A stretch of DNA of 64,000 nucleotides from Amphiscolops sp. MND2022 (taxonomy: Eukaryota), in the NCBI GenBank assembly GCA_964187785.1, contig OZ076417.1, positions 43,772,001 to 43,836,000 on the forward strand, given 5' to 3'. The notes beneath the pieces are model-generated. The model ran no database searches. It worked only from the letters and a program-made list of their open reading frames with translations, and was not told the DNA's origin. Below, in pieces: positions 1-11,531 of the stretch; within the stretch, counting starts at the first letter, position 1, and each line of letters opens with the position of its first letter. Position numbers and translations under genes: made by a program.

Positions 1-577
1 GTCCATAGAATACTGTGGATGGTTTGCAGCCTACAGTCTCGTGATACGTTGTATTGTAGTTCATGACTGCAATTTGGACGTATTTGTGTCACATTGAACG
101 TCTTTCTCCTGTCGATGTTTTAAGAGCTGTTTCAATTGAAGCAAGAGTTCGTTCTAGGATCCCAATTGTTTGCGCGTGTTTCGTAGAGGCATGGCTAATT
201 TGGGTATCCAGTATCTGCGTTATTTCTGCGACGACTTCTGATCTGAATTGTGAGCCTTCATCTGATAGGATTAGTGTTGGCAGACTTCCATGTCCTGTCA
301 TGACGTCGACAATGCATCGTCCAATTGTTTTTGCTGTGACATTCTGTGTTGGATATGCGAAAAGATAGCGCGAGAACACATCAATCATCGTTACGATATT
401 TCGATACCCTGCAGAATTTGGCAGATTCGATAATATGTCGATTTCTAGGATATCTTCCGGTCCCAAGATGTGTTCCGTGTTGTTGAACATTTTTGGTCTG
501 CATTGATTATTATTGATTCTTTTGTATTTGATGCAATCTTCGCATTGCAGTACCCATTGTTTGAATCTTTTGGCCAA
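1..577 (-). pseudogene. Gypsy integrase core remnant
   Basis: CEDC zinc half-site; DDE-like triad ILEIDIL / ILSDEGSQF / ILERT; VTMIDVFSRYLFAYP. After a TGA at 89-91 the frame continues HKYVQIAVMNYNTTYHETVGCKPSTVFYG to the window edge. Confidence 0.9.
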
Positions 578-1894
578 ACCCGGTTAGTAGTATTTGGATT
601 TGAATTCCTGAATCACTTTTGTGATTCTTGGGTGTTTTCCCATTTGACCGTGAATTGCCTTTAGGGGTTCCGTAATTAGGTGTTTGGGGAATAATATCTG
701 ATGATAACTCATTTGTCCACATTCCCCGTTTTATTTCCTCATCAGTGTGCCGTCCTTGACTATTAGTCTATTTCCTGGACTAGTAGGCGTTTTGCAATCG
801 GGTCTGTCTGTAAGAGGTGTTTGTCATATTCTTCACATATCAGTTTCCATTTGATTGCTTTGAAGACTATATCTGTGTCTTGTTCAAATCTGATACGTTC
901 GTCTTCTTCTATTGCCTCAAAGGTATATGATGCCTTGTTTGTTGGAATTGGGGTTGTATCTTCGATAGTCACTTTTATTTTTGTCGTGTCTTCGTCGCGC
1001 GCATTTTGTCTCGCTTGTTCCTTTTGTAACAGGATTTCTTCCTCGGTTTCGATAGTTTCTTCCGGAAGAAGGAAATGTTGCTCTTCGTCTGCGACGTCTG
1101 TTGATTGTTGATAGACTTGTATTGGCCGGATCTTGACTTGTATCTTGATGTCGTTACGATGTTTCAATACCCTGCAGAATTTGGCAGATCCGATAGTATG
1201 TCGGTTTCTAGGATATCTTCCGGTCCCAAGACATGTTCCGTGTTGTTGAACATTTTTGGTGTGCTTTGATTATTATTGATTCTTTTGTATTTGATGCAAT
1301 CTTCGCATTGCAGTACCCATTGTTTGAATCTTTTGGCCAAACCCGGTAAGTAGTATTTGGATTTGCATTCTTGAATCACTTTTGTGATTCTTGGGTGTTT
1401 TCCCATTTGACCGTGAATTGCCTTTAAGGGTTCCGTAATTAGGTGTTTGGGGAATAATATCTGATGATAACTCATTTGTCCACATTCCCCGTTTTATTTC
1501 CTCATCAGTGTGCCGTCCTTGACTATTAGTCTATTTCCTGGACTAGTAGGCGTTTTGCAATCGGGTCTGTCTGTAAGAGGTGTTTGTCATATTCTTCACA
1601 TATCAGTTTCCATTTGATTGCTTTGAAGACTATATCTGTGTCTTGTTCAAATCTGATACGTTCGTCTTCTTCTATTGCCTCAAAGGTATATGATGCCTTG
1701 TTTGTTGGAATTGGGGTTGTATCTTCGATAGTCACTTTTATTTTTGTCGTGTCTTCGTCGCGCGCATTTTGTCTCGCTTGTTCCTTTTGTAACAGGATTT
1801 CTTCCTCGGTTTCGATAGTTTCTTCCGGAAGAAGGAAATGTTGCTCTTCGTCTGCGACGTCTGTTGATTGACTTGTATTGGTCGGATCGTGATG
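388..1894. repeat. Tandem duplication inside pol (copies 388-1150 and 1151-1894)
   Basis: Near-identical blocks with a 763-bp offset (ccctgcagaatttggcaga at 407 and 1170). TCGTT is shared at all three junction points (388, 1151, 1895). Confidence 0.93.
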
Positions 1895-2472
1895 TCGTTT
1901 CTGATTTTTAGTTGAACTCTTTCCTTGGGGTTGAGATCGATCCTAGATAGGAAATCAGCCGCTGTATTTTGCGTTCCCGCTACGTGCATGATGTGGAAGT
2001 TGAATTGTAGTTTGTAATCGCAAGCATTGCATAGTGAGGGAGGAATCGCCTTTGTTTGGAAAAAGCGTGTTACCGATCTGTTGTCAGTCATTACCAGTGT
2101 AGGTAGAGTTGTTTCCCACAGTGAATAGCTGTAGTCTAGGAATGCGTGGTATATTGCCAAGAAGACTTTGCAGTAAATTGACATTTTCAGTTGGGCTGGG
2201 GAAAACACTTTTGATCCAAATGCTACAAGAGTGAAAGTTTTCTGTTTGGCATTGAGTTTTTTATCGTTGTCTTCTTCGATCATTAGCGCAAATCCTGAGT
2301 CGCGGAAGCTGACAACTGTCATTAGGACGTATTGGCGTCCTGTGATTGGTTGTTTGAGAGCCAATCTGCATGCTTCCGCTAGTGCTGCGTTGATTGTTTG
2401 GTAGTTGTCTAGTACTTCTTCTGTTACCTTGATTTGTTTGTCTGCTTTCAGGAGTTCGTAAAAATCGAGCAA
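1738..2472 (-). pseudogene. Gypsy RT-connection / RNase H remnant
   Basis: LVAFGSKVFSPAQLKMSIYCKVFLAI, LVMTDNRSVTRFF and HVAGTQNTAADFLSR motifs. Confidence 0.88.
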
Positions 2473-2640
2473 TCTTTCTCACAGCCGCGGGATGTAGTTG
2501 CGGTAATAGTTGACAAACCTATATATCTTTGTACTTGCTTCTTCAATTTTGGGAATCTTACGTTTGCTAAGAATTTTTGAATTTTGTGGTCCTGGGGGGC
2601 AATTCGTTATGGGGTAATAGTTCTTTCGAGGAATTCAACT

Positions 2641-3404
2641 TCAGTCACTCCGAAATGGCATGCAATTTTCAATTATTGGTTTAAGTCCTGCTTGTCTGAT
2701 GCATTCAAAGACTGCGCGTATGTTGCGCATCAATTGCGCGACTGAGTTGACGGCTATTCCAATATTATTCACATTTTGCGCACATTGGTCAGTTTCAATC
2801 ACTTTGTCTAAATACTCCCTCATAAAACTTGAGAATGCGGATAGTGCTCGGCTCAATCCTTGTGCTAGTCTTTTGTAGGCGAACGTCCTGCTTGCGAAGT
2901 TGAAAGCTAGCATTTCGATTGATCTTTGGTCTGCCATTTGTAAGCAGTGATATGCCTGTGAGCAATCTAGTTTGCAAAACAGTTTCTTCCAGCTAGGTGT
3001 TGAGCTGCTTCTGACAGCGTGCTAACTGGATGACTGTTGTTGATGTAGTCGTCCGAGATTAGCGCGTTGATTTTTCGCAAGTCGACAAGTAGTCGCAATT
3101 TTCCATTCGGTTTGCGTTGTGCAAAAATCGGACTTGCATACTTTGAGGTTGGTAGGGTTGTTATGATTCCATAGCTGTGCATTAGCGCTAATGCGACTGT
3201 TAGGTTTTCTTTCAAGTTGTATGGTACTGGCAGGCTTTGCATGTAGAGTTTACGCTCGTCCTTCGGCGCCAGTTTCACTTTGAAGCTGTTATTTTTACTA
3301 TTGTCGAGTCGGTGACGCGCGAAGATGTCATTGTATTGGACTATGGTTTGTTCAAGCTGTTTTCTGTCATCGCCTTCAATCTGGAATCCTTTCCAGTGGA
3401 ACAT
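2641..3404 (-). pseudogene. Gypsy reverse transcriptase remnant (frameshifted)
   Basis: YASPIFAQRKPNGKLRLLVDLRKIN and FAYKRLAQGLSRALSAFSSFM. The YxDD position reads NVNN, so the enzyme is catalytically dead. Confidence 0.9.
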
Positions 3405-3546
3405 ATTTAGGAATTCTTTTCGTAATTCTTGTTCTTTTGTTGGGTGTAGTTCCTCTTTTTTGATGAGCTCGCGGATTTTTTTTAAATATCCGTCGTTGAA
3501 TTAGTGTGTGTTCTTCTTCTTTCCCTGGGTTTCCAGGTGTGGGGAA

Positions 3547-4683
3547 CTAGAGATTCTCGTCGTTTTGTTCGTTTTCTTTGGACTTCATGAGTTCATTCAC
3601 GTACATGTGTGTGTCATTGGGATCTTGCAACAGTTTTACTGGAGCAGCGTCGATGGGTCGCACTGATTTTGTATCCTCGGGTTTGAGAATTTGTAGTTCT
3701 ACCATTTTTGTGTGGTTTTTTATTGTGTGGGGGAAATCCGTCAGGTTGGATATTCTGATGTTTATTCTCTTGTTGTGAGCTGTTGCTAACGCTGGAGCGA
3801 CCATGATGATGTCTGTTTCGTCAAATTGTGGTAGTGGGTGTACCGCACCTGTGACGTCGTTTGCGTTGGTGGTGACTACTACTGCATTCACCGTTGTTAT
3901 TTGTTGGGGAAAGAGCGTTTGATTTCCATCTGCCATTATTTGGAGAGATTTAGGATTACAGTTCTCCATCTCATCCGTCATAGCCAATGTCATTTCGATT
4001 TGAGGAAAAATGATGCTTCCATTCGCTGTGTCAATCACTGCTTGGTGATTTCGCATGAAGTTCAGTCCTATTATGAGAAAAGATGTTTTCGATAGGATGA
4101 CGAATGTATCCGTGAATGTGTAGGTTCCAATGTTGAACTGTATATCGGCTGTGGCTATTGGTTGTTCTAGCTGAGCGTTGGCACGCTCAATTTTGAAGGG
4201 TGGTTGCGGATATTCATCGATGACACAGTTGTCACTGCTCATCTTCTTGATTAGATTGTAATCTGACCACGACATCGCGTTGATGAACTCTCCTGCGTCG
4301 ACAAGTCCGTCCATTGTTATTTCGCTGAACTCAAGTGGTAGGTGAAGTATCCGTCTTCGTTTTTTCAGTGGTATTGTTGAGTGTAACGGTATGTATAAGT
4401 CTCGGTCTTGTTCAGGGACATACACCTTCATATAGTTGAGTGAGGTGGGGAAATCTTGTGGGAAGATAGGATTCTTGTTGGAGCCGTTGGTATCTTCATT
4501 GGGTGGTTGTTCGTTGAGGGCATTGTCGGTTTCCTGTGTTGTGGTGGTGGTGAATTGGTGCCTAAAGGTGAGGGAGCACTGATCATATAGTTCTGGTTTG
4601 TCCCAGGGGTCGCATATGTAGTCTTTATCAAAGTCATAGATCCTGGGTTGGTTGGATTCGGGGAGTGGTCTCTTTGTGGTCAT
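3547..4683 (-). pseudogene. Gypsy aspartic protease plus protease-RT spacer
   Basis: LPLEFSEITMDGLVDAGEFINAMS (degenerate D-S/T-G) and IIGLNFMR (retropepsin IIG-x-D/N-F motif). Confidence 0.8.
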
Positions 4684-4882
4684 GTATTGGTCATCTGAGT
4701 CTTTGATCCACTCGGGATTTTGCTTCTGTTGTTCATGTTTCGCATTATGTCGTTTGATGGTGGCGATGGAATGTCGTCGTAGCCGGTCCTCAGTTGGAGT
4801 GCCACTGCAGTTCGTTGTGGAAGTGTTGGCAAATTCAATAGGGGGACCTTCTATGGAATACGCCTTCGCGTCTACTGTTTCC

Positions 4883-6064
4883 TCAAAGCGCAGGCGCAGC
4901 GTATCTAGTTTTTTTATTCTTCAGTTGTTTTGGTTGCCGTGGGTTGATCAGGGGGAACGATTTTACGTTCCTGTTGGTTGGGCCGTTTGGGTCGCGGATC
5001 GTTGGCAGAGTTGGCTCCATTCCAACAATACTTTCAGTTTTGTGCGGTTTGCTGCACGTGTCACATTTCATTGAGTTGCCTGCACTACAGATAGAGTGTC
5101 CGTTTTTTTCCGGCTTTGTTGCCATTTATTGCTCTTCATTTTTCGGCATTCTGCTTTGAAGAGGCCCAGTTTGCTATAGTAGAAGCAGTATAAGTTTTTG
5201 TTGTTCTGAACTCATTTTTCTACCGGTTTTGTTTCTATAAGGGATTGACTTGCCTCTATTTTGCTTAATGGGACTAACGTTACTTCATCGGGCGTTCCGA
5301 GGCCGTTGAGGCGCATGTCGATGTCTATGTACGGTTTGTTTTCGTGACACACCCCGTTGAGTATTTTCTTCACTTGATCGGGCATTTTGACGTATTTTGC
5401 CTTGTCTATGAACTGTTGGGTTTCGGAACCTAAGGTTTCTTTCGCTGTTTTTTTGTAATATGTCCAGGAATTCGTAGAGTTTCTGTGACCAGGGGTCAAA
5501 TTTGAGCGCGTCCCATTCGCACCGGGCTTTTGCCATTGACAGACAGTCTCTGGAACGGCGTTTGAAAATCGTCATTATCTCGTCTACCGGTTCCTTTTTG
5601 GAATCCTCGATGCTACAGAACGCTTGTAGGGCGTCTCCACGAAATAGGGAGTGAAATTATTTCATTTTTTGGATCTCAGTGAGATGCGGGTACGTTTTGA
5701 TATTGCGAAATAGTCTTCGAAGAGTTCGAATTTTTTGGACTTTCCGTCGAAAGTCGGCAGTGATGCCGTAAGAGCTTTCGGTATATGTAGCGTGGTGCCA
5801 TCGTTCTTCTCTGTTGCAAAGAGTGTTCTGGCTGCTTCCGGGCGTTCTCTTAGATTGGCTCTGGGATCTTATTTTTGCTTGATTGGTGGAGTCGTTTAAA
5901 ATTCCTGTCACTATGTTACGACTGGCGTACGAGTCGTTATTTTGCGTCGAATTTATCCTGACTGATTTATTAGGCGTATAGAAACTCCTTGTTTCGTTCT
6001 TGGGCTCATTTTCGGGTTCCTCTCTAGAATTCGCTTTTGCCCTGAATTTTGGCAGGCTTAACAT
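4883..6064 (-). pseudogene. Gypsy gag remnant (several frameshifted pieces)
   Basis: Pieces at 5657-6064, 5285-5575, 5212-5499 and 4883-5125, the last with a degenerate knuckle CDTCSKPH. Lies between the LTR and the protease. Confidence 0.7.
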
Positions 6065-7600
6065 TTCCTTTTGAGATTTGGCTAGTAGGGTTTTGATTTC
6101 CGATGTGATTTCGTCTTTCAGAGAAATCCTTAGGATCTCTATAATGCTATTTTCTATTCTAAGTTATTTTGGTTCTGAAGGACCTGCTATTTGGACGCCC
6201 TGGCTACATGGATATCGTTTTCGCTCAAAACTGGTGAAATTAAACCTTCACTTACGGTATTGGAGCTCTGCTGATCGTTCTTCCTTTTCTGGCTTCTGGT
6301 TGTAGACATTTTGAAAGATTTTGATTCAAGTTGAATTCAATGATGATTTCAAGTGGAAAATCTTTTTTTAACAATTAAACAAAACAGCTGATTTTTTAAA
6401 GGCAAAAGACTCAGTCCCTCAACCATCCAAGAGCATCATATATACCCTCCTAGCATCAATTGATCACGAGTAGATCCTTAATTTTCCTTGAACAACTATT
6501 CATTTCCTGTATATCCGATGAAAAAATCATTTAGATCTTAAATTTGCGTCGATTTTTCGTCAAAAAATGAGACACGACAATTTCAATCTAGTATTAGTCA
6601 TCAACCATAATCATATCATTTCATCCCAGCGTCCTTTTGTTTCCTCCCAAGCAGGAAATAGATATTACTTCAACCTGTCAAACCGGAAATGATTCCCTGT
6701 TTTACCGCGTTGGTCCGTAGGAAAATTGACGCGGAAATGACGCTGCGTGAACAACTAATACCTGATTTTGATTTTTTACTTGGACAAATGCAATGACTAA
6801 TTCCCAAGTTATGATTATTTGAACGATGCTAGGAAGATATTTTGAATAGACTGCAAGGATGGATATTGGATTAGGGACAAAATAACATTTACAAACATCA
6901 ACATATAAATCAATGCATTAGTAGTAGTTTTGGTATGTTGCGACAATTGCGACAAGCCTACAAACTAGGGAGCATCACATTCAATCAGCCGCATCTTTTG
7001 GTGATGATTTACAATAAGTTTACGAGTTAACTAACGACATGTTCGCGCAATTATAGCCAAAGTTAAAGATCTGAAGCATACATTTAAAGGATTGAGTATA
7101 AAAGTACAAGCTAATGAAAATATGTTTCCGGTATAAAATACATTTAGCTTGTTTCAACTTCAATAATAAATTGTGACTTTCACTTATATACTGCGGAGAT
7201 GTTCATTCAAATTGATTTCTTGAACGCTTTTAGATTAGTAACAACTTGTCTGACGGAAGGTTGACGCAATTTCCAAATTCCATCCCAGTTAGAATAAGGG
7301 TCACATTTTCACTTTACACATTTTCTTTGAACCAGATTCATCAGCAACGTATTCATTTTATGATTTTAGGTGGATTAGAACAGCTATTTTGATGGATTTG
7401 TGACGTAGTGTTGACAAGTTTTCCCTACTAATTTGGCAGATTTACTTAATTCATATAATTTCATAAACTTGTCAACGTCATGTTGACGAGTTTTCGTGGC
7501 AGAATTAAGATTTTGACTAGTTTGACGCAATGCTGACGTTAGTAGAATCAGTCACTTTCGAGAATATTGAAAAGAACCCATTTTTACACCTGTCGTGGCA
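5914..7600 (-). repeat. 5' LTR (~1.69 kb) of the Gypsy element
   Basis: Minus strand starts TGCCACGAC (7600) and ends GTCGTAACA (5914), imperfect inverted termini. It is followed by PBS-like TAGTGACAGG (likely decayed TGGTGAC). Homologous by eye along its length to 13535-15200. Confidence 0.7.
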
Positions 7601-9422
7601 GGTTCTGATTGCTAAATTACCGATATAAGAACCCTCAGGGCGAAAATTTATGTAACGATCTTGATCCTGATGTTTCTCTCTAAAAGTATTTCTTGTTGAG
7701 ATATTCTGTAACTATTTTTGCCACGTATTAACATAGAATGTAAATAAAAGTATTACTTCTGTTACCGGTCAACTCCTGCGAGCATTCCTTGTGACTTTAT
7801 ACAAATGTACAATGTAATGTTGAGTTTTTAAAAAAAATAGGGACATCAGCTTTCCCCACTTCTGCTGAATATACTATAATACTGTGGACAAACACCCACA
7901 CAAATGCGTTGAACGTCTCCAGTACTGCCAAAGCGGGGATAGGTTGGCTAGACATTTCAAAGCGACGTCAACTAGCCCGGACCAATAACTAATCATTTTG
8001 CAAACTCAAATTACCACTGTGCGAAAGAATCTTAGGTTCGTTAACTTATTCCATCAAAATAATCGCATAGAAAAAATAATTATATTTTCTCCTACATTGG
8101 TTATGAGAACAAAGCTTTTTTAGGCATTGCGTCACTGATTTGTTTTCAATTTTTATTGTAAGAAAAATTCTTCTATGCTTTGCATGGTTTATGGCTTAAC
8201 TCGAATGATTTTTACTGCTTCTAATAGTTTTTTAAAGAAAAAAACGTATGTTTTCTCTGTGCTTTGCTATGATTTTATGATTTTAGGATATAAAAATTAT
8301 GAGCAGAGCTTCGCTTGTTTTTTATTGTTTTTATTGCTCACTAGCCGTAGGGAGCTTAGTCAGAATCGGGAATTCGTATACTACTTTTGCTTAAAGTGCT
8401 ACACCGCAATTGGTTGAATGAGAAACAAACTGTCCCATTATGTTGAGTTTACTAAGCGATAATTGACTCAACTTAATAGAATAATAGAATTTAGAGTTCG
8501 GTTTGTGGTCGAAAAACAATAAACTTTTGCGTCAACACGTCATCCCTGTTTCAGAAGGCGCTTGCCAATCGCGGCTAGCAGAGAAAAGAAGTCGGATTGA
8601 TTTCAATCTTAGCATCAAGAAAATTTGCTTTAATCATAAGAGAAGCCACCAGAATACAGACAAAAGTGCTGAAAAGGTCAAAATTGATGTATGTATAAAT
8701 GCATATACCCTCTCAATTTTTACCCTTTACAAAATTTTCACTTTTCTCAGTACCGTCTAGTCACCTAGTACGATAACTTTCATCTTTTTCAACAGTTTTC
8801 ACGTTTTTCATTTCATTAGATACACTTTCTCAATTCTACTATCAGAAAAATTTATAGCAACTCTTCAAAAGATTTCCAGCCGCCAAAACGAAAAATCTGC
8901 AGAAAGCACTTACTTTTTACTGAGGTCGTTTCAACAATTTTGACGTGTATGTATGTATCACTATTTACTTGTATCTACTTTCGTTTAAAACTATACCTGC
9001 TGAATTGCTTTCCCAAAAAAGGTTGATGACGATTGCTTCAATTTCAGTTCCTGTACCTACTTTTCGTCACAATTTGCAAACTTATTCAGGAAGATTCATG
9101 CTAAAAAAATTCGTTGAATTTGATCAAGGAAAACACTTCCAAAGGGAAACACTAAAGTAGTTCAACAAACAAAGGTGACGACGGCTGAGAGTTTGATTTG
9201 CTTCCGAATGATGTGTACTTCTGCTGATAGAGACACGAAAAAGGTGAAAACCAAAAGTCCGGAGATAAAACGGACAATTAGGATGCTAGAACTGCCAGTG
9301 CAACACAATTGAAACTTCAGCTTAAATTCATGAGCAGGGAAGAGGCTTATGGTCATTCGTGCAAATGTTCAGGATTGAGATGACCTATTAGAAAAATTGC
9401 AACTGTTTTATCATTTGCACCA

Positions 9423-11531
9423 TCATAAATCAGAAAGAAAGATTTTAAGTGGCGGGAGGTGATACTTTGTTGAAAAGTCAAAGAAGCAGACAGTCACAGG
9501 CAGTTTCAATCTAGCGAGACAAGGAAAAACTTTGTAACGATAAGTCAAGCACACAGCGGAACTACTGAATGTTTCTCCATTTAGTAAACCTCCAATATAG
9601 GAATAGTCGTAACGGTACCAGACATAGTCGTAGTCGCCCTCATAGTCATAATAATCGTACTCATAGTTATAGTCGGTTACACTTCCATTTATAGTGCTGG
9701 AATTACCATCCACAGAGTTACTATTCCCAGAAACTAAATCACTTTCAACAACTAAATTACCATCAAAGGTAGTAAAAACAATCCCATCCTTATTTGGAAC
9801 TTTCTTGAACCCCAAACGAATGAACCATCGATTCATTCCAAAGCTAACATTTTTACGACAGTCGGATCCACAATCGAACAGATAAAAGCGAAACAGGAAA
9901 CCTGCTTCGTCAAAGTTTGTCGGATAGGCTAACGTTGCATTATGAGAGCGACAAACTTCTGCTTGTTCAGTTAGATTCAGTTCCTTTTCCGCACTATGTT
10001 TCAAGGAAAAATAGCAACGTTCGTTGTTCATGCCAAAAGAACCCCTTAGAGTTCCGCATTTGAGACGAGGATCTCGAAACTCGGTAGGAAACGCCTCTTT
10101 GAAAAACATAAACTTAAGCACTTGTTTTTCGTGGACATATCGTGTTTGGATTCTGCTGGCAAAACAATCGTCTTTCAATTGTGAGGAACTTGTGCTCACG
10201 TCAACACAAATTTTGGTGATAAAGACAATTGAGCTGGCTGCGAGAAGAAAAATTATTACACAAAAGGTCCAAAACTTTTTTTGGACAAACACTTTTTTGC
10301 TTTGTGAGAAATCTGGTTTCAATTTCGCATTTGACAAATGATTGCGTTGGGTTTCATTTGCTCCATTCTTGTTGCTACAAATTGCGTTTTTCAAGACGCA
10401 CAAGAACTTTTTTTGAAAAGGTTTCAAAATAACTAAGAAAAATACCGGATTCAATTGAGAATATAGAAGACAGAAGAGTTCTTTGCTGGAAGTTAATCGT
10501 TCTTCCACGACGTCAAGGTATGTCCGTTCGGAAATGGATTTCCTTGTGCTCTCATATCCCAATTTAACAGCCATGGTTGTGTAATAAATTGTCCAAGAGA
10601 TAACCCACAAAATCCAGTTCATCACGAATGCCAGAATCAAATTTCTGTTTCGATGCTGATTGCGTTCGCGTCTATGGAGGACTCTGAAAGTTCGTAAATT
10701 AAAAAATGCAGAAACGGAGGCAGGAACGCAGAAGAACAAAACAATATCGCGAGTTAGAATAGGTCTGTGAACATTGTTTCTGAAAATAAAGTATTGGCAA
10801 TTCCATATAAATCTATTCCCCTTTTTGAAAACATTTGTATTGAACATGGAATCAATTTGCCGTCCATTCACTGCCAAGTCCCAGACACTCAAAGTCATAA
10901 TTATTGCTATTGCTGGAAACAAAGCCATTGAAACCTTTCTCAAATTTTCCGCAGCTGCAATGCGTGCAGTAGGATGACATATTAGACAATATCTGAAAAA
11001 CGCTGATGTCAAAACGCAAACTCCAGTAGTGTACTCGTTCAGGATGGATCTGAAGAAAGTTAGAAAGCAGCCAAGGTTTCCGTCCACAAACGTGAGTACT
11101 TCGAAATCATCAGAACGGAAATATTCTACATTGTTTATCCCATCACGCAAATTACCGAAAGATATGACACTGTAAGCAATATTCGCAAAACCAGGTCCAG
11201 CGATATCAATGGCGGCTTGTACGCACACTGGAAAGAAAATCCAGTTTTGGAAGTCATCAGTTGTGAGAATACAGATTATTAGAAACGAATTCAAAACGAT
11301 GCATATGGCACTTCCCGATATGCTCATAATGGTTGTCCATAAGTAGAAAGAAAGCAACCCGTTGTCATAATATTTTGATTCAGTGTAGTCTACAGTTATT
11401 GTACTCAAGCCATTGAAATGACTGGCCAAATCTGGTACCAAACTGGAATTTCGAGTTTCTGAAACAGAAAAGTTCAAAATAGTTATGTCAATGACTTTTT
11501 TGTTTAGTCTTGTTTTCCAGTGAATGGCCAC
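9423..11531 (-). CDS. Rhodopsin-like (class A) 7TM receptor with an additional TM8 and a C-terminal C-type lectin-like domain; true start uncertain
   Basis: 702 uninterrupted codons. Seven hydrophobic helices with FRYCLICHP (DRY-region-like) and NPVFF (NPxxY-like). Extra hydrophobic segment FWTFCVIIFLLAASSIVFI (aa 420-438). Then C492..RCYFSL..QAEVCRSHNATLAYP..WFIRLG..CLTY..C..C, a CTLD-like cysteine pattern. The track start is GTG, with no in-frame ATG before aa 69. Confidence 0.85.
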   Translation of the reverse strand: MAIHWKTRLNKKVIDITILNFSVSETRNSSLVPDLASHFNGLSTITVDYTESKYYDNGLLSFYLWTTIMSISGSAICIVLNSFLIICILTTDDFQNWIFFPVCVQAAIDIAGPGFANIAYSVISFGNLRDGINNVEYFRSDDFEVLTFVDGNLGCFLTFFRSILNEYTTGVCVLTSAFFRYCLICHPTARIAAAENLRKVSMALFPAIAIIMTLSVWDLAVNGRQIDSMFNTNVFKKGNRFIWNCQYFIFRNNVHRPILTRDIVLFFCVPASVSAFFNLRTFRVLHRRERNQHRNRNLILAFVMNWILWVISWTIYYTTMAVKLGYESTRKSISERTYLDVVEERLTSSKELFCLLYSQLNPVFFLVILKPFQKKFLCVLKNAICSNKNGANETQRNHLSNAKLKPDFSQSKKVFVQKKFWTFCVIIFLLAASSIVFITKICVDVSTSSSQLKDDCFASRIQTRYVHEKQVLKFMFFKEAFPTEFRDPRLKCGTLRGSFGMNNERCYFSLKHSAEKELNLTEQAEVCRSHNATLAYPTNFDEAGFLFRFYLFDCGSDCRKNVSFGMNRWFIRLGFKKVPNKDGIVFTTFDGNLVVESDLVSGNSNSVDGNSSTINGSVTDYNYEYDYYDYEGDYDYVWYRYDYSYIGGLLNGETFSSSAVCLTYRYKVFPCLARLKLPVTVCFFDFSTKYHLPPLKIFLSDL

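Larger units (their letters stand above)
1..7600 (-). mobile_element. Ty3/Gypsy LTR retrotransposon, degenerate; 3' end lies outside the window
   Basis: Minus-strand order LTR - gag - CCHC-like knuckle - protease - RT - RNase H - integrase (Gypsy order). Many frameshifts and stops; RT YxDD is degenerate. Confidence 0.92.
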
